This document shows, piece after piece, positions 37,501 to 50,727 of a DNA stretch of 64,000 bases. The stretch comes from Phoronis australis (taxonomy: Eukaryota; Animalia; Phoronida). The stretch is from positions 107,094 through 171,093 of the forward strand of contig NMRA01000252.1 of the NCBI GenBank assembly GCA_002633005.1. Direction: 5' to 3'. Below the pieces are notes generated by a model. The model worked only from the letters and a program-made list of their open reading frames with translations. It searched no databases and had not been told where the DNA came from. The first letter of the stretch is position 1. Every line of letters begins with the position of its first letter. Position numbers and translations under genes: made by a program.

Positions 37501-40500
37501 TTTGGCAGCCGAATACAGCATTCTGATGAGCCCAGTTTTGCCTGTGTTCCGTTTTACTATCTTGACCACCAGGTGTCCTACAGCCTTTTGTGGCCGCTGA
37601 AAGACCTACAGGATGGAGGTATAACTGGATGAGCTATTCCCTGCATAACTGAAGTTATTCAAACACTAAAATTTTAGCTTTAGACAGGTCACATTGTTTA
37701 ACAAATGTGGCATTGGCTCCTGTATAAAAACACATCAGTGCCACCTAGTGGGATAAGTGTCCGCTTCCTTCACCCACGGTTGTGGATTCGAGTCCCACTG
37801 GGGCACATTGGTACATCCTTGAGTCGGGTCCCTAACTGCTCAGCTCAGTTAAAAGTTTATGTTAATAAAGTATAAAAATGTCTGGTACGTGTACCAGACT
37901 GCCTGCAATTATAGTTCCTATTATTGTTCACCTGTTCACTTGTTATAGCTGGGTACAAAAATTCATGTTAAGGTCATTAATTTTGCATGGAAGAGGGATG
38001 GACGTGCACTTTAAATTTTGCCCCCACCACATCAGTTGTCTCAAATTTAACTATCTTAATGTAGAAATATTATCTTCTGAGAATTGAAGAGAGTTGCTTC
38101 CTCAAGCATTGTAAACACGGCGCACATTTTTTTTTAATTTCATATTTGTTTTCCTATTTATGTCAATGCTATAGTGTTGTGATTGTTAGTAATATCTACA
38201 ACTGTGTGTGATTTGTGAATGGTGTTTAATGTGAAATATCCTGACTTATGATGTATACTTTTTCACATCTAAAATCTTTTTCATGTTTTTAGATGAGGTG
38301 ACTAGAAATTACGCTTATGGCACACCAATGAATGATCCATTGCGGGAATTCAAGATGTTACCTTGGGTACACAAAGATTTTTCACATGTGGCTTTTGAAC
38401 AGACAGAACCAGAGGACAGTTTATTCGGGGTAAGAGAACCATGTTAACCATTTTCATGCACCCACATCTTTATAAATTTGTGGTCACATATTGCCATCAT
38501 TTCCACCTGGCATTCCAGTGTCTGATGCTGGATCTCCTCCAAATCCCCCGAAACCCCTTGTAAGTTCTTCATGGAAGTTGATAGATAGTGTTCCTATGGA
38601 GATGACAATGGATGTAGTGACTTTCAAGGAGATCAGACTACTGGTGTGCCTCCAGGTGGCAGTTATAGCATTTTATCTTCGTCTCTGTACTGATATTCAG
38701 AATGCCTTGACGGATTGTCATGAAATTATTTCAATTAGCAAACAGAGGAGGTGGCAATGCTTTTCCATTTTTGGACAGGTTTGACGTACCATGTGCCGCT
38801 CACCGGCCATTTTTGATGCCAATAATCATACCTAGAAGCATAGCCTTTGTGGTGCAGAAGTCACATTTTAATGCTATGCATTACGTTTGTTTTAAATTGT
38901 GCTTGGAAAACTTAAAATAGATGTTGAGTATTTTTAGTTGTAGTATCAGTCATCACCTGCAGGTGTCAGTTGAGTTCCTTCGAACAGTTCTGTACCTGAA
39001 CGGTCAGAGGTTTGAGCAGCCATCTGAAAGCAGTTTTGTAATTTCTCAACAATGTTGTTAGGATTTTGCTTTAAAATGCCTAGTTTTTACATACCAAGCG
39101 ATATAGGAATAAGACCTCTGATTTTTTACAACTGTTACAATACTGAGCGAAAAATCAAAATTCCTAACAACACTTTTGAGACATAACGTAAAGTTTTCAT
39201 CTAAAAAGTTTTAGTAAAGTTGGCGGGGGGGGGGGTTGCACATGAATATTTGACTTAGAAATTATGGTCGCTTGGCAATAATTAAGAAACAGTAGTAACA
39301 AGCATGTTTTTTAGAACCCTCGATCTTTCACCTTTCAGAAAATAATACTTTTAATGGTTGACAAAGCATAGTTTTTTGATATTTGATTCAAAGTTGAGGT
39401 CATTTATTAAAGTCCTAGACAACCTTATAAGTCTTTGGTCTTCCTTCTGATCAAATGTCCTATCTTCCAGACTTCATCTGGATGTGGTGTTAATGCCATT
39501 TTGAGTATATTCTATTCTGCAGGAATATCATGGCCTTGACAATCTAGAAGAGGGAGACTGTCGAGCCACCAACTTAGCGAATGCGGACATTATCAAAGTG
39601 TTCACAGATGAAACACTGGTGAAGCAGTTTTTGACAGATTCCAAGTTTGAAATTGTTGACACTATGCAGGAGGCCAACGTGGTTTGGATGCAGAAGGCTG
39701 TCACTAATTTCAGGTGACTTCTGGCAGAATAAGTCTATTAGCAATGTGATCTTGATGTGTTATTTTGTGGCCACAGACCATCGTCTGATGTGTTTGAATT
39801 AATTTTGAAGCTTTATGTTAAGCTTTGGCAAAGGTTTTGTTAACACAGTCGTCATATTTATTGTCCAGGAAATGGATCAGTGGTTGTTATTTCCACCAAA
39901 TAAGACTTGAAAGTTATGTTTTATTTATATGAGGGGTCTGTAATGTTTTTGCAGGAATTTGCATTCTTCGAATCCATTCAATTTCTTTTTAGTTGTAATG
40001 CCACCGTGTTATGTGACCATTCATGTTAAATAAACCTGAAAATATTATGGTCTTCTTTTAAATGGGTGGCCGAATGTAAGACTTATGCATAGAATGTTTT
40101 GAAATATCAGCATGTTCTCGCATCACTGATGAATGTGCGTAATTTTTCCTCTGATCACCAGGGAGATATTTGAAACCAACCCCTCGATGCTAGTCAACCA
40201 GTTCCCTTGTGAGAAGGTACTCAATTGTAAAGATCTAATGTATCTAGTGGCGCAACGGGTGGCGCCACCTACTGGCCTGAAGTGGCTTTGTACGACGTAT
40301 AACTTAAACACCGAGCTGGACAAATTTGTGGCATATTTTCAGCACCGACAGGAGCTGTAAGTAATAATTTTTTCTTTTCGTTAAAAAGAAAGTTGAGCTG
40401 GCACAAATTTCTCCACATGTCTATCATTAATACACTAACATTGTTTGAGACGCTCTTTACAAAAGTTTCTTTTACGTCGATGGTGAGCTCTAGTCACAAA

Positions 40501-43500
40501 ATGTGTATAGCTCGAGTCACTGTTGGTCAGTTAGTAAGCAGGCAGTCCTAAGATAAGCCACGTTGTGTCAGCAGATGTCTGTCGCATGTGTAAGTTTACC
40601 AAGTTCTTTGCTGTTTTTAGAATATGGAAAGTTGTATCTATTTGCATGTTGTTGGAGTACGAATCAAGTTTGGGTGTACTTTTAATAACATCGCTCTTTT
40701 GACCTCACAGTTTTTATAACCTAACCACGATAATATTGTCATTATGGTGAAACAGGACGTTTTGCTAATTCTAAAATCTTTAGCTGAGTATGTTAAACAT
40801 GAACAGCCAATTTCACAAAGGTGGTTTAACAAAACCAGGTTTAAGTCTTAACCTGGTCTAATTTTAAACCTGACTTGCATTTCACCAACATGGTTTATGA
40901 GTCTGAAAGCCTTGTTTTGCTACACCAGGGAGTTGGTTCATTAAATCAGATTTAAAGTATTAAATGCACCCTACTGCGTCGAGCTGGGTAAACCCAACAA
41001 AGAAACTATTGAAGTGCTTCAATGAAACCTTGATCACGTGGGTATACAATGACATACATCCAGTAGAATCAGTGCAGACAGTTACGAAAATGGTCTAAAA
41101 GCTTTTCTCATGAGGAACATTTAATTTTTTGTGCCCAACACACACACATTGAAGAACATGCTCATGATTAGATGTAACATGATAAATGCCCAAATTCATT
41201 TCCGTGTCATTATAGTGTTTATTTTTCGCGGCCAAAGGGGGGGCAAGACCCCTTCGCGGCAACATTAAATCGAAGAACAGTGGAGGTGGAACTCAGAAGA
41301 ATTAGAAGATGCTGTCTTAAGTCAAATCCGTAGCGCTTACGACGGTGATGCCCTGCTCGTCCAGTCGTATTCTGAGGAATCCGCAGGACACAATCCAGCA
41401 CATACTAGTTTACGCATAGGCGGATCCAGGGGGTCAAGGGATCCGGAGCCCCCTTTGTTCCATTGATTTTAGTGATATTAGATCTATAATTTTCAAATTG
41501 TTGACTTGTTCCCCCCTACAAAAAGTCCTTGACCGCCCCCCCTTTAAAAATTCCTAGATCTGCCCCTGCTACGATTGATCATGTGCAGTAGTAAAACTGA
41601 ATGTTGAAAATAGTCCATTTTCGCTCTAAAACTGTGTCGCAAATGCACGCCGCGGCATCATTCATTTGTACCCATACTATGCAAGTCTGACATATTTAAC
41701 AGTTAAACCTGGGTCTGACCAAGTCTAAAGTTAAACATGGTTTAAAATCTTAGTACAGGTCTACTGACTTAGACCAGGTCTTAACTGGAGTTAAACCAGG
41801 TTTTACTAGACCAATGGTCTAAAAGTTAAACCGCCTTTATGAAATGCAGATTGTCTTTAAACCTGGTCTAAGTCCAGTTTAAATCAGGTTTAACTTTAAA
41901 CCACCTTTATGAAATTGGCTGGAAATGTTCAAAGGAAGTCAATTAAACCGGAGTGTGAAAGAGATACAAACAATGTGTTGCCAAAGCTTACAAGGTGAAG
42001 CGGAGTTCTGCTGCTGGTTTAGTTGATGCAATTCATTTGCGAAAACACAAGTTCACACAACTCTTCATTAGATATCGCCATGAATTTCAAGTGTATCATG
42101 TGATCACACTTAAAAGCTTCACTTCACGAGGTTTTTGCATGTATGGAACTTGGCCCTGGTTTGCATCTAGTGAATAATGAGCCTTGTTATCTTTTATTGT
42201 TGAGTCATAGTTTGACAATTGGTTTAACTCTATCATTGTCTTAGGTTTAGTACATCAGCTGTGTCGTCTACTGATTGAGTTGTGATGTTCTTTCAGCTGG
42301 TCACCAGGCCCTTTGTGGTAAACCCAAAATTAGTACAGGCAATCAATTAAACAAAAAAACACTTCCTCATAATATACTGGACTGGTATAGGTGACTTGAA
42401 TTAACTCAGTACGGAATCATATGATAATTCTTTGATAATAGTTATAAAACTGTGTATAAAGAGACATCCTACTCAACAGCCTTGCCAGTTGTTGTTTGGA
42501 TTTTAAACTATTACACCCAATAAATGGTGGATTGCAGAAGTAACTTTAAATTTAGAATCACACAAAGCCAGGGCTTGTCTCACTGAATGTTCTATAGAAA
42601 GTGTTGTGTTCAGAGATGTCCAAATAGGAGGGTACCCATTGGATGGTAAGTTATTACAATTGTGACAATCCTGGTAACCATTCCCATGGTATTTAGTTGT
42701 TTAGTATATTACTCCATTATTTTGTTTTCCATTAATAATCTATTTCAAAGTAAAAGGTGATGGATATTGATGTAATGGTTCATTGTATCTATCCATTTGT
42801 AGAGGCCTTGATAATACATGGATTTGTAAGTGCTGGAACTTGGCGCGGTCTTTCAACATGCAGGTCACTGACAATCTCAATTGTCTCGTACGTCTGGCTG
42901 ACACAGGCCCCAAGGTCAGTAGAATTATGGTTTGCTGTTGTTAACAGCTGTTGCTGTTGTTAACAGCAAAAATACTCTTAATTAACTTGTTGGAAATAAA
43001 TAAGTAATTAAAGTTGATGAGATATGGGGTTGTTGGTTATAGTATTCAACGAACTTTGTTTGCCACATATCTTTTTTCTGTATACAGTGGGTGACATAGA
43101 TCAATCATGTAATGAGCTTTCATCAGTAGTGGTCGAGTATAAACTCTTATGGAGTTACAACACTTTGTTTTGATTGATTATTTCTTGGCTGGTGTTGCCC
43201 AGGTGGCACTTGGAGTAGATATCTAGTGCAACAATCTTTCGTGGTTAGCTGCATAGGCGAATTTAGGGGGGGGGGGAGTGGAACAGCAACAGCGTGAAGC
43301 GTGAGGAAATAGGACCAGTTGTGGAGAAAGGGGGGGGGNATCGTCAAAAGTAGGGGATGGGCGCTTTACCGAGAGGTGGGCGCTTAATTGGAAATCTTCA
43401 AAAATAGCAGGGGGGCGGTTAACCGAGCAGTGGGCAGTTAAATCGAAAATCCACCTAAAGTAGGGGTGGGCGGTTAACTGAGCATGGGCGTTAACCCGAA

Positions 43501-46500
43501 CGATTACGGTAGTTATAAAACTGTGTATAAAGAGACATCCTACTCAACAGCCTTGCCAGTTGTTGTTTGGATTTTAAACTATTACACCCAATAAATGGTG
43601 GATTGCAGAAGTTACTTTAAATTTAGAATCACACAAAGCCAGGGCTTGTCTCACTGAATGTTCTATAGAAAGCGTTGTGTTCAGAGATGTACAAATAGGA
43701 GGGTACCCATTGGATGGTAAGTTATTACAATTGTGACAATCCTGGTAACCATTCCCATGGTATTTAGTTGTTTAGTATATTACTCCATTATTTTGTTTTC
43801 CATTAATCTATTTCAAAGTAAAAGGTGATGGATATTGATGTAATGGTTCATTGTATCTATCCACTTGTAGAGGCTTTGATAATACATGGATTTGTAAGTG
43901 CTGGAACTTGGCGCGGTCTTTCAACATGCAGGTCACTGACAATCTCAATTGTCTCGTACGTCTGGCTGACACAGGCCCCAAGGTCAGTAGAATTATGGTT
44001 TGCTGTTGTTTACAGCTGTTGCTGTTGTTAACAGCAAAAATACTCTTAATTAACTTGTTGGAAATAAATAAGTAATTAAAGTTGATGAGATATGGGGTTG
44101 TTGGTTATAGTATTCAACGAACTTTGTTTGCCACATGTCTTTTTTCTGTATACAGTGGGTGACATAGATCAATCATGTAATGAGCTTTCATCAGTAGTGG
44201 TCGAGTATAAACTCCTATGGAGTTACAACACTTTGTTTTGATTGATTATTTCTTGGCTGGTGTTGCCCAGTGATACCTGTTTCTAGAACTTGAGGAAGGA
44301 CTTGCAGTTATTTCAAAATTTCCTGTAATTGAAGTTGCCTAAAATGCCGCCACGATTTAGTGCTTTTATACCGGTCCTAATGTTAGTCTGTATGGGCAGT
44401 CCGTATGTACAGTCTGTATGTACAGTGTGTATGTGCAATCTGTATGTACAGTCCGTTTGTACAGTCTACAGCCTGTATGTACAGTCTGTATGTGCAGTCT
44501 GTATGTACAGTCTGCATTGTACAGTCCGTATGTACAGTGTGTATTGTATAGTCCGTATGTACAGTCTGTATTGTACAGTCTGTATGTACAGTCCATATTG
44601 TACAGTCTGTATGTACAGTCTATGTACAGTCTGCATTGTACAGTCCATATGTAGAATCTGTATTGTACAGTCCGTATGTACAGTCTGTATTGTACAGTCC
44701 GTATGTACAGTCTGTATGTACAATCTGTATTGTACAGTCTGTTAATGGTTTTCCAACATTTGAACTAAACATATACGAGGTCAGTCTATAAACTCCTCTC
44801 AAGATGCAGATGTAAACTTGACGACACGCTGTTATTGGTGATGATGTTTTCCAGTTATAAAAAATGTAGCTACATTTTGCCACAAGTCATTGTTTTCTGT
44901 TGATCTGGTGTTGATAGATAGCCTGCAAGTACATCAATGACTGCGTGCTGTACGATAGAGCTGATGTGGGTTTGGTGAAGTTTGATCTGCGATACAACTT
45001 GCTATTGACCAGCCTGAAACCACTGAAACTCTACGCACAAAAGGTCTTCTGGCTTAGGGTGGCCAATCTGTGAGTATATGCTCTGGACACTATTTGCACC
45101 ATTTGTTGATGAATCATATTTGGAGTCTGGTACAATAAGAAGCAGTTTAATGCCTGAAATCTGGACAGTTACATGCTGCTTTAGTCACATTCTGACTAGG
45201 TTTTATACATGGTTATGGCTATGGTTATTGTAAGGCTGTGAATTTGCTTTTATAGAAAATAAGCCATCCTGGTTCATAAACGCTTTGGTCTAAATTACAG
45301 TTGTACCTACTTTGATACTGTCCTTAAATGAGTGCAAGATTAATCAATTTTTATCTTCTATATGATGCTACTCTGATATACTTTTTCTAGCAGAAATACA
45401 CTGCTTAACTTCTGCATAATACCGTCTTGCTATTAATCTTTTTGAATGTATACAGTCTATAGTTGTCATTTCATGTCAGATTTGACAAAAAGTAAAAATT
45501 GTCAACCTTCGTGGCATCAGGAATGGTTGATGTGTTTGTATTAGGAAAGCATGGCTGGCATTGATTTTGGGACAGATCCGACTTCTGTGGTGTCCCCTTG
45601 TGACAATTTTTAGCTTTTTTTTTAAAAATAATTGCAGGCAGTCTGATACACATTGTATCAGACGTGCGCAGGCCTCGCATGTGGGCCCATTGCACTGATC
45701 ACCTGGAAGTATTTTTATGCTTTATTGATATATGGTTAATTTTAGTTTTATTTGCGTCTGACTCAGTGTCTACCTCGTTCTATGATGTACCAGCATGTGT
45801 GATCCTATTGAGGAGAGTACAAGTGACCTTGAGTTTTGGATAGATCTGACTATTGTGGACCTATTTTGTGACATTTTTATGTGCCCAATTGTGCATATCT
45901 AGCTTCACATTTGCCATCATTTCTGTTAGCAATTCCATCATCCTACCTGTGTGTTGTATCACCTCTGTCCTAGCATCTGCTGTGTGTATTAAGCCACCTG
46001 GAGGATGTTCTTGAAATTTAGATTGTATGTTCCTGTCAGGCTATTGACACATGGCATCAATTTTCTAACTGATCTGTGTTCTGGTGTGCCCTGTAGTTGC
46101 AACATTTTATTTAATAAATACAACAGTACAGCGATTTAAACCGGCTTGACATGTTTTGGCATTTATTAAAACACCATCCTCAGTATAGAAAAAACTGGCC
46201 ACCTTGCTGGGCCAAACAACAAGTAATGATACACAGACACAGTCAATGCATAGACACAGTCAATGCTTAGACGCAGTCAATGCTTAGACGCAGTCAATGC
46301 TTAGACGCAGTCAATGCTTAGACGCAGTCAATGCATAGACGCAGTCAATGCATAGACGCAGTCAATGCATAGACACAGTCAATGCATAGACACAGTCAAT
46401 GCATAGACACAGTCAATGCACAGACACAGTCAATGCATAGACACAGTCTATGCATAGACACAGTCAATGCATAGACACAGTCTATGCATAGACACAGTCA

Positions 46501-49500
46501 ATGCATAGACAAAGTCAATGCATAGACACAGTCAATGCATAGACACAGTCAATGCATAGACACAGTCAGTTACAAATTTTATGCCACCTTGTGGATATTT
46601 TTAGAACTGTTTTCTTGCATCCGCCTCTATCTTCCATACTGCTTAAAGGATTATTATAAAACTTTACACTAGATCTGTTGCTGATGAGAAGACCACGACT
46701 GACGTTGATTTTCGGACAGGTCCAACTACTTTGTCACCCCCTAGTATTGATTTCATTTTTTGCGTCTGCGACCGAATCTTGTTAAATCTTTTAAAGAGTT
46801 TTGTGAAATTTGAACGATGTATTTCTTTGGAGCTGTCGACAAATGGTAACAAGTTTGGAACTGATCCAGGTACCACTGTGTCCCCTAGTCGCAAATTGTT
46901 TCCCTCTGTATCTTCGGAGTTCATTATTTAGCAAATAGGTTTCTGATAAGGAGGCGACAATTCTTTCCCATTTTCGGAAAGATTCGATGTTTTCTGTGAC
47001 ACCTGCTTTTGACGCCTGCCTCTCTGTCTGCCAAACCACTCAAATGATCATTATGATAATTGACACTTGTGTTCCTGCTGCAAAGATCCAGGCTGTTGTT
47101 CATTTTCTGATATTTTTGACTATCCTTGGCAGATGGGCTCTTATAGACATGGCATCAGTTAATGATAATTTTTGACCAGTCAGACAACATTCTAGCTTGT
47201 GTAGATAGGATTCAGTATTCCTCCCGTGGTAGCATGAGTGAATGCCATCCTGTTGTCTGTTGTCATGCTGCTGTTTCGTAGACTATGCGTTCACTAGGCA
47301 ATGATATTTATTTCAGACCTTACTCATTAGATCAGTTGGATGTCTACGAAAAACACTTTACTGTGATGAACTATGGGGATACAAAATTAGAACAGGTACT
47401 AAAATCTCACTTTTATCTGCATGTACCTTATGTACAATTAATATTTGCAACAAAATGTCTTTATTTTACCTACTCTTGAACGTTTTTGTATATCACAGAC
47501 TGTATTGGGAGCCATAAACCTATTATCCAAAATAATGCATTCATTTTTTTGCTTTATTGTCTCCTATATACCGACAGTTCTTGGATTGATTTTGTAATGG
47601 GTATGCGATCACATTTTTTGAAGGTAAATGTCGGTGTAAGGCTTAAAAGGACCTGCTGATGGTGAATTTTAATGTCCATGGTCTATGTCACCTGGACTAC
47701 CTTAAGTCTGCTTGACAGTTGTATGATATAAGTACTACATAGACCGTTTTTCACTCATAGACATTCAATTTGGTAACTCAACCATTTACATTAAAGAGAT
47801 GTTTTTGGTTTTATGGTCCCAAAGCACATTTTTGGGATCATTGATGGATGGGATAAACTTGTTGAAGTTATTAGTGATGGATGGGGTAGACTTGTTGAAG
47901 ATATTATTGATGGATGGGATAGACTTGTTGAAGTTATTATTGATGGATGGGATAGACTTGTTGAAGTTATTATTGATGGATGGGGTAGACTTGTTGAAGT
48001 TATTATTGATGGATGGGATAAACTTGTTGAAGTTGTTATTGATGGATGGGATAGACTTGTTGAAGTTATTATTGATGGATGGGATAGACTTGTTGAAGTT
48101 ACTATTGATGGATGGGATAGACTTGTTGAAGTTATTATTGATGGATGGGGTAGACTTGTTGAAGTTATTATTGATGGATGGGATAGACTTGTTGAAGTTA
48201 TTATTGATGGATGGGATAAACTTGTTGAAGTTGTTATTGATGGATGGGATAGACTTGTTGAAGTTATTATAGATGGATGGGATAGACTTGTTGAAGTTAC
48301 GGTTGATGGATGGGATATAGACATCTTCAAGTTGTTGACTTTGACCAGAGGTATAAAACAACAAAGTTTGTAATGTAAGTAAGAATTATTAGTCTTTGTG
48401 AATACCATCTGTTGGTCGTGTCACACGACGTATAGTTGAGTCTAAAATGATCTGGAACCCGGAACTTTAGCTAGCCATGCAAACTCTTGAGCTATCGGAG
48501 CTGAGATCGATAAGATTTAAGTATAAATCATGTGAGGTGACCAACATGTGGCATGAAAAAGGCTTAATATATTGCTTACAACATGTCAACACACTGATTT
48601 TTAACAGCGTAATGATGTCAAATCTGTTGTTTTTGTGATTTTATTACAAATTGCCATTCTGGACATTGTCTGACAGACATTCCCTGAAATTGGCTTTGGT
48701 GACTTTTTGGGCTTAATTCGCTTCCAATAGTCCGCTATTTGTCGAACGCATATCCCTTGAAATATATTCTTTCGTTGCATCTTTCTCATTCAGTACTTCA
48801 TATTCATGCTGCTTATGCCATATATACGTATAGGTAAAGTTTTACATGACATTGTATACATAGGTAAAGTTGTGCTTGAGATTGAATAGGCTCATATATG
48901 TACCAACCTGATGCATCTTATTTAATGTGTAACTAGTGAAATTATGGTGCCACCAGGAATTTGGTAACTCGTGTTTTAACAAAAAGACAGTGTCTCATGG
49001 CCACTGTGGTCATCAAAATGTGCCATTACCATATCTAAATTATAATTGTCCGCCAGCGACAAATCAAAAGGGTTGAATAACCTGACTCCCTGTGCTCCAA
49101 GAAGGTGCAGTAAAATGTTTACTTTCTGTTTACCTGACACATCCTTGAGTCCGCTTGTGACCTGTTAAGTGTCAAATTGCTGCGGCCACTGTCTCCAACT
49201 TTGTTCTTTTTTGTCAGATTTGAGTTGTACAAACAGCTTTGGCGGGTTCAAATCAATTGTAGAGAACAGTAATTAACAACACTGAAAAAATCGGTAATTC
49301 ATGAAACCATGTAATGTCGTGTGGAAAGAGGAGGGAAGAAGATATCTTTACTTGTGATGAATACTTCTTTATTGTGAACTGACTAACTACTGTACAACAA
49401 CATGTTTTTGCAATACACAAGACCACATGCATATGAGTCACATTTCATAGAACTGTTTGGCAAGACTTATATAATAAACCATTCTAACTAATAGTGCCAT

Positions 49501-50668
49501 ATAAGGTAGGTGTAGCTCCACAGTACTATTTAACAATAGACGCTTCAAATGAGAAATTACTGGATTGTCTTACCCCTTGAAGGTTCATAGCAGTGACTTT
49601 GTTGAGGCCATCAGTCGTCAGTATCCTGACATATGCTGGGATGAGATCCAGTCTAAGATATACAAGGCCTTCACTGAGCTGTTCACAGCAGCCTCATTGA
49701 GAGAGCCACCTATGGGGATGAAACATCTGGATAATGCTCGTGGATTCTTTGGCCTTGACGTCATGCTAGGCTGGGAGACAAATAAAAAAGGTAGTATACC
49801 TTGAACACTTCCAGTAAAACCTCAGTCTGAACTGATGCAGTTTAAACAGGTCATTTGGCTGTCACTTTTTCCATTGGAAGTTCTCTTAATATGAAATTCA
49901 TTATCATTACCAATGACATAATTATGCTCACTTTTTGGGCTTCTTTCAGTTAAAAAGTTCACGAAAGAAACTTGGTTGCAAAGCAATCTAGTTTGAACTT
50001 TTAACCATAAGATCCTGTTTCAACACATGATATTTTCAAAATAATTTGATTTCTGGAATTTGTGGTGGTTCACCAACAAAGAAGGAGCTAAAAATGAATG
50101 ACATTGAACTTTCTTGTTTATGAATCTCCAGTACAAAACGCAAGTGTATTTTTGAAATGTTCATGTTTGAGTGATGTGTCCATGCATGAATGTTTAAGCC
50201 CAGTTTAAATATCTGCAATATTGGTATAAAATTACAACCCATAAAGTGAACCTTTGTGGTGGAAATTTAGTCTTTTCAGCGTACACCAACTCCAAGAACA
50301 GCTTGGTATCCACATACTATTTTCTGTCAAGTTTCAATAGGAAAGATACACACGAAACAGAACCACGACAACCTTGTAAACTGTACTTTGTGCCAGTAAT
50401 CTACATACTTCAGTTAGTTGAATTTGATCAACACGTATTTGATGCTTTCCATACAGGTTGGTCAAACTGCCCTATTACCTGGGCTATCATCACTTTTATT
50501 TTTGTCTTTATTTCAGGAGAAAGATATGTGCAGCCTTTCATCTTGGAAGTCAATCAAGCTGGTGATAACAAACGATGTCTGACTTACTGTCCTAACTTTT
50601 ATAACCAAACTTTCCGGCTGTTGTTCTGTGGAGAGGAAGCTCCTGATATATTTGACAGGGTTGTATAG
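31534..50668 (+). CDS. TTLL12: Tubulin-tyrosine ligase-like protein 12; join(31534..31659,33683..33804,34589..34753,37247..37283,37459..37618,38293..38429,39523..39713,40162..40356,[42803..42914 or 43871..43982],44918..45069,47317..47395,49583..49790,50517..50668), 611 aa
   Basis: Motifs [82 protein letters not shown] and QPFILEVN match the TTLL12 SET-like and TTL domains. All junctions are GT-AG with compatible phases (total 1836 nt). Confidence 0.95.
32580..32830. mobile_element. Old DNA-transposon fragment with an inverted relative at ~35930-36170
   Basis: ggtcatgtgaccatg and catagcaaaa blocks are reverse-complementary to ttttgctat..gcatggtcatgttacc; a related catggtcatgtg block lies near 57100. 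Confidence 0.5.
33058..33165. repeat. 26-bp tandem repeat, 4 copies
   Basis: Unit tagcagcagtgtggaatcaaaccgac. Confidence 0.95.
33849..34030. repeat. C-rich ~20-bp tandem repeat
   Basis: Unit ccaagcaagccccctcccct; G-rich on the minus strand. Confidence 0.9.
34754..34873. repeat. 30-bp tandem repeat, 4 copies, starting at the TTLL12 exon-3 donor
   Basis: Unit gtaggatattgtacgctgtacacgaccaga. Confidence 0.9.
34930..35015. repeat. 29-bp tandem repeat, 3 copies
   Basis: Unit ataatttcctcaagtgaccatttgggcca. Confidence 0.9.
36693..37185. repeat. Degenerate ~150-bp tandem repeat, 3-4 copies
   Basis: Recurrent tattttgtac..aggtgta..catctcca..cagtc.at...gtgacattgaca..gaaaatcaagttt. Confidence 0.75.
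37745..37850 (+). mobile_element. tRNA-derived SINE fragment
   Basis: A-box-like tagtgggataag and B-box-like gattcgagtccc, followed by a non-tRNA body (catccttgag). Confidence 0.5.
38980..39430. mobile_element. Dispersed DNA-transposon fragment, same family as 16120-16660
   Basis: Shares blocks with 16120-16660 and, inverted, with 15690-15730. Confidence 0.6.
40804..41921. mobile_element. PIF/Harbinger-like non-autonomous element with 3-bp TSD (GAA)
   Basis: TIR CAGCCAATTTCAcAAAGGTGGTTTAA / TTAAACCACCTTTATGAAATTGGCTG with GAA on both sides and subterminal AAACCAGG repeats. A partial copy lies at ~51920-52050. Confidence 0.85.
41415..41568. mobile_element. hAT-like MITE nested in the Harbinger-like element
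   Basis: CATAGGCGGATCCAGG ... CCTAGATCTGCCCCTG with flanks ttacg/ctacg. Confidence 0.8.
42439..44270 (+). repeat. ~760-bp direct duplication (42439-43202 and 43510-44270) containing TTLL12 exon 9; probable uncollapsed haplotypes
   Basis: Copies differ by about 8 substitutions and one 3-bp indel and are separated by two half transposons joined by a single N at 43339. Confidence 0.93.
44385..44741. repeat. gtacagtctgtat-based low-complexity tandem repeat
   Basis: 13-15-bp variable unit. Confidence 0.93.
46100..47040 (-). mobile_element. Possible Penelope-like retroelement relic (decayed hammerhead plus ORF fragment), interrupted by a minisatellite
   Basis: Minus strand 46184-46147 reads CTGAGGA-T-GGTGTTT-TAAT-AAATGCC-AAAA-CATGTC. 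Frameshifted basic peptides at 46664-47039 ([24 protein letters not shown]) weakly resemble Penelope ORF N-termini. Confidence 0.4.
46235..46568. repeat. 17-bp minisatellite, about 20 copies
   Basis: Unit agacacagtcaatgcat. Confidence 0.97.
47840..48320. repeat. 33-bp minisatellite, about 14 copies
   Basis: Unit ttgatggatgggatagacttgttgaagttatta. Confidence 0.97.
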
Positions 50669-50727
50669 AATAACAATATCTAACACTCACAGATTGTGGT
50701 TTACCTTCAATGAATCCCTTACAAAAA

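Noticed and set aside
47786-48408. Four overlapping 157-205 aa repeat ORFs
   Set aside because: 33-bp minisatellite in a TTLL12 intron; no coding signal.
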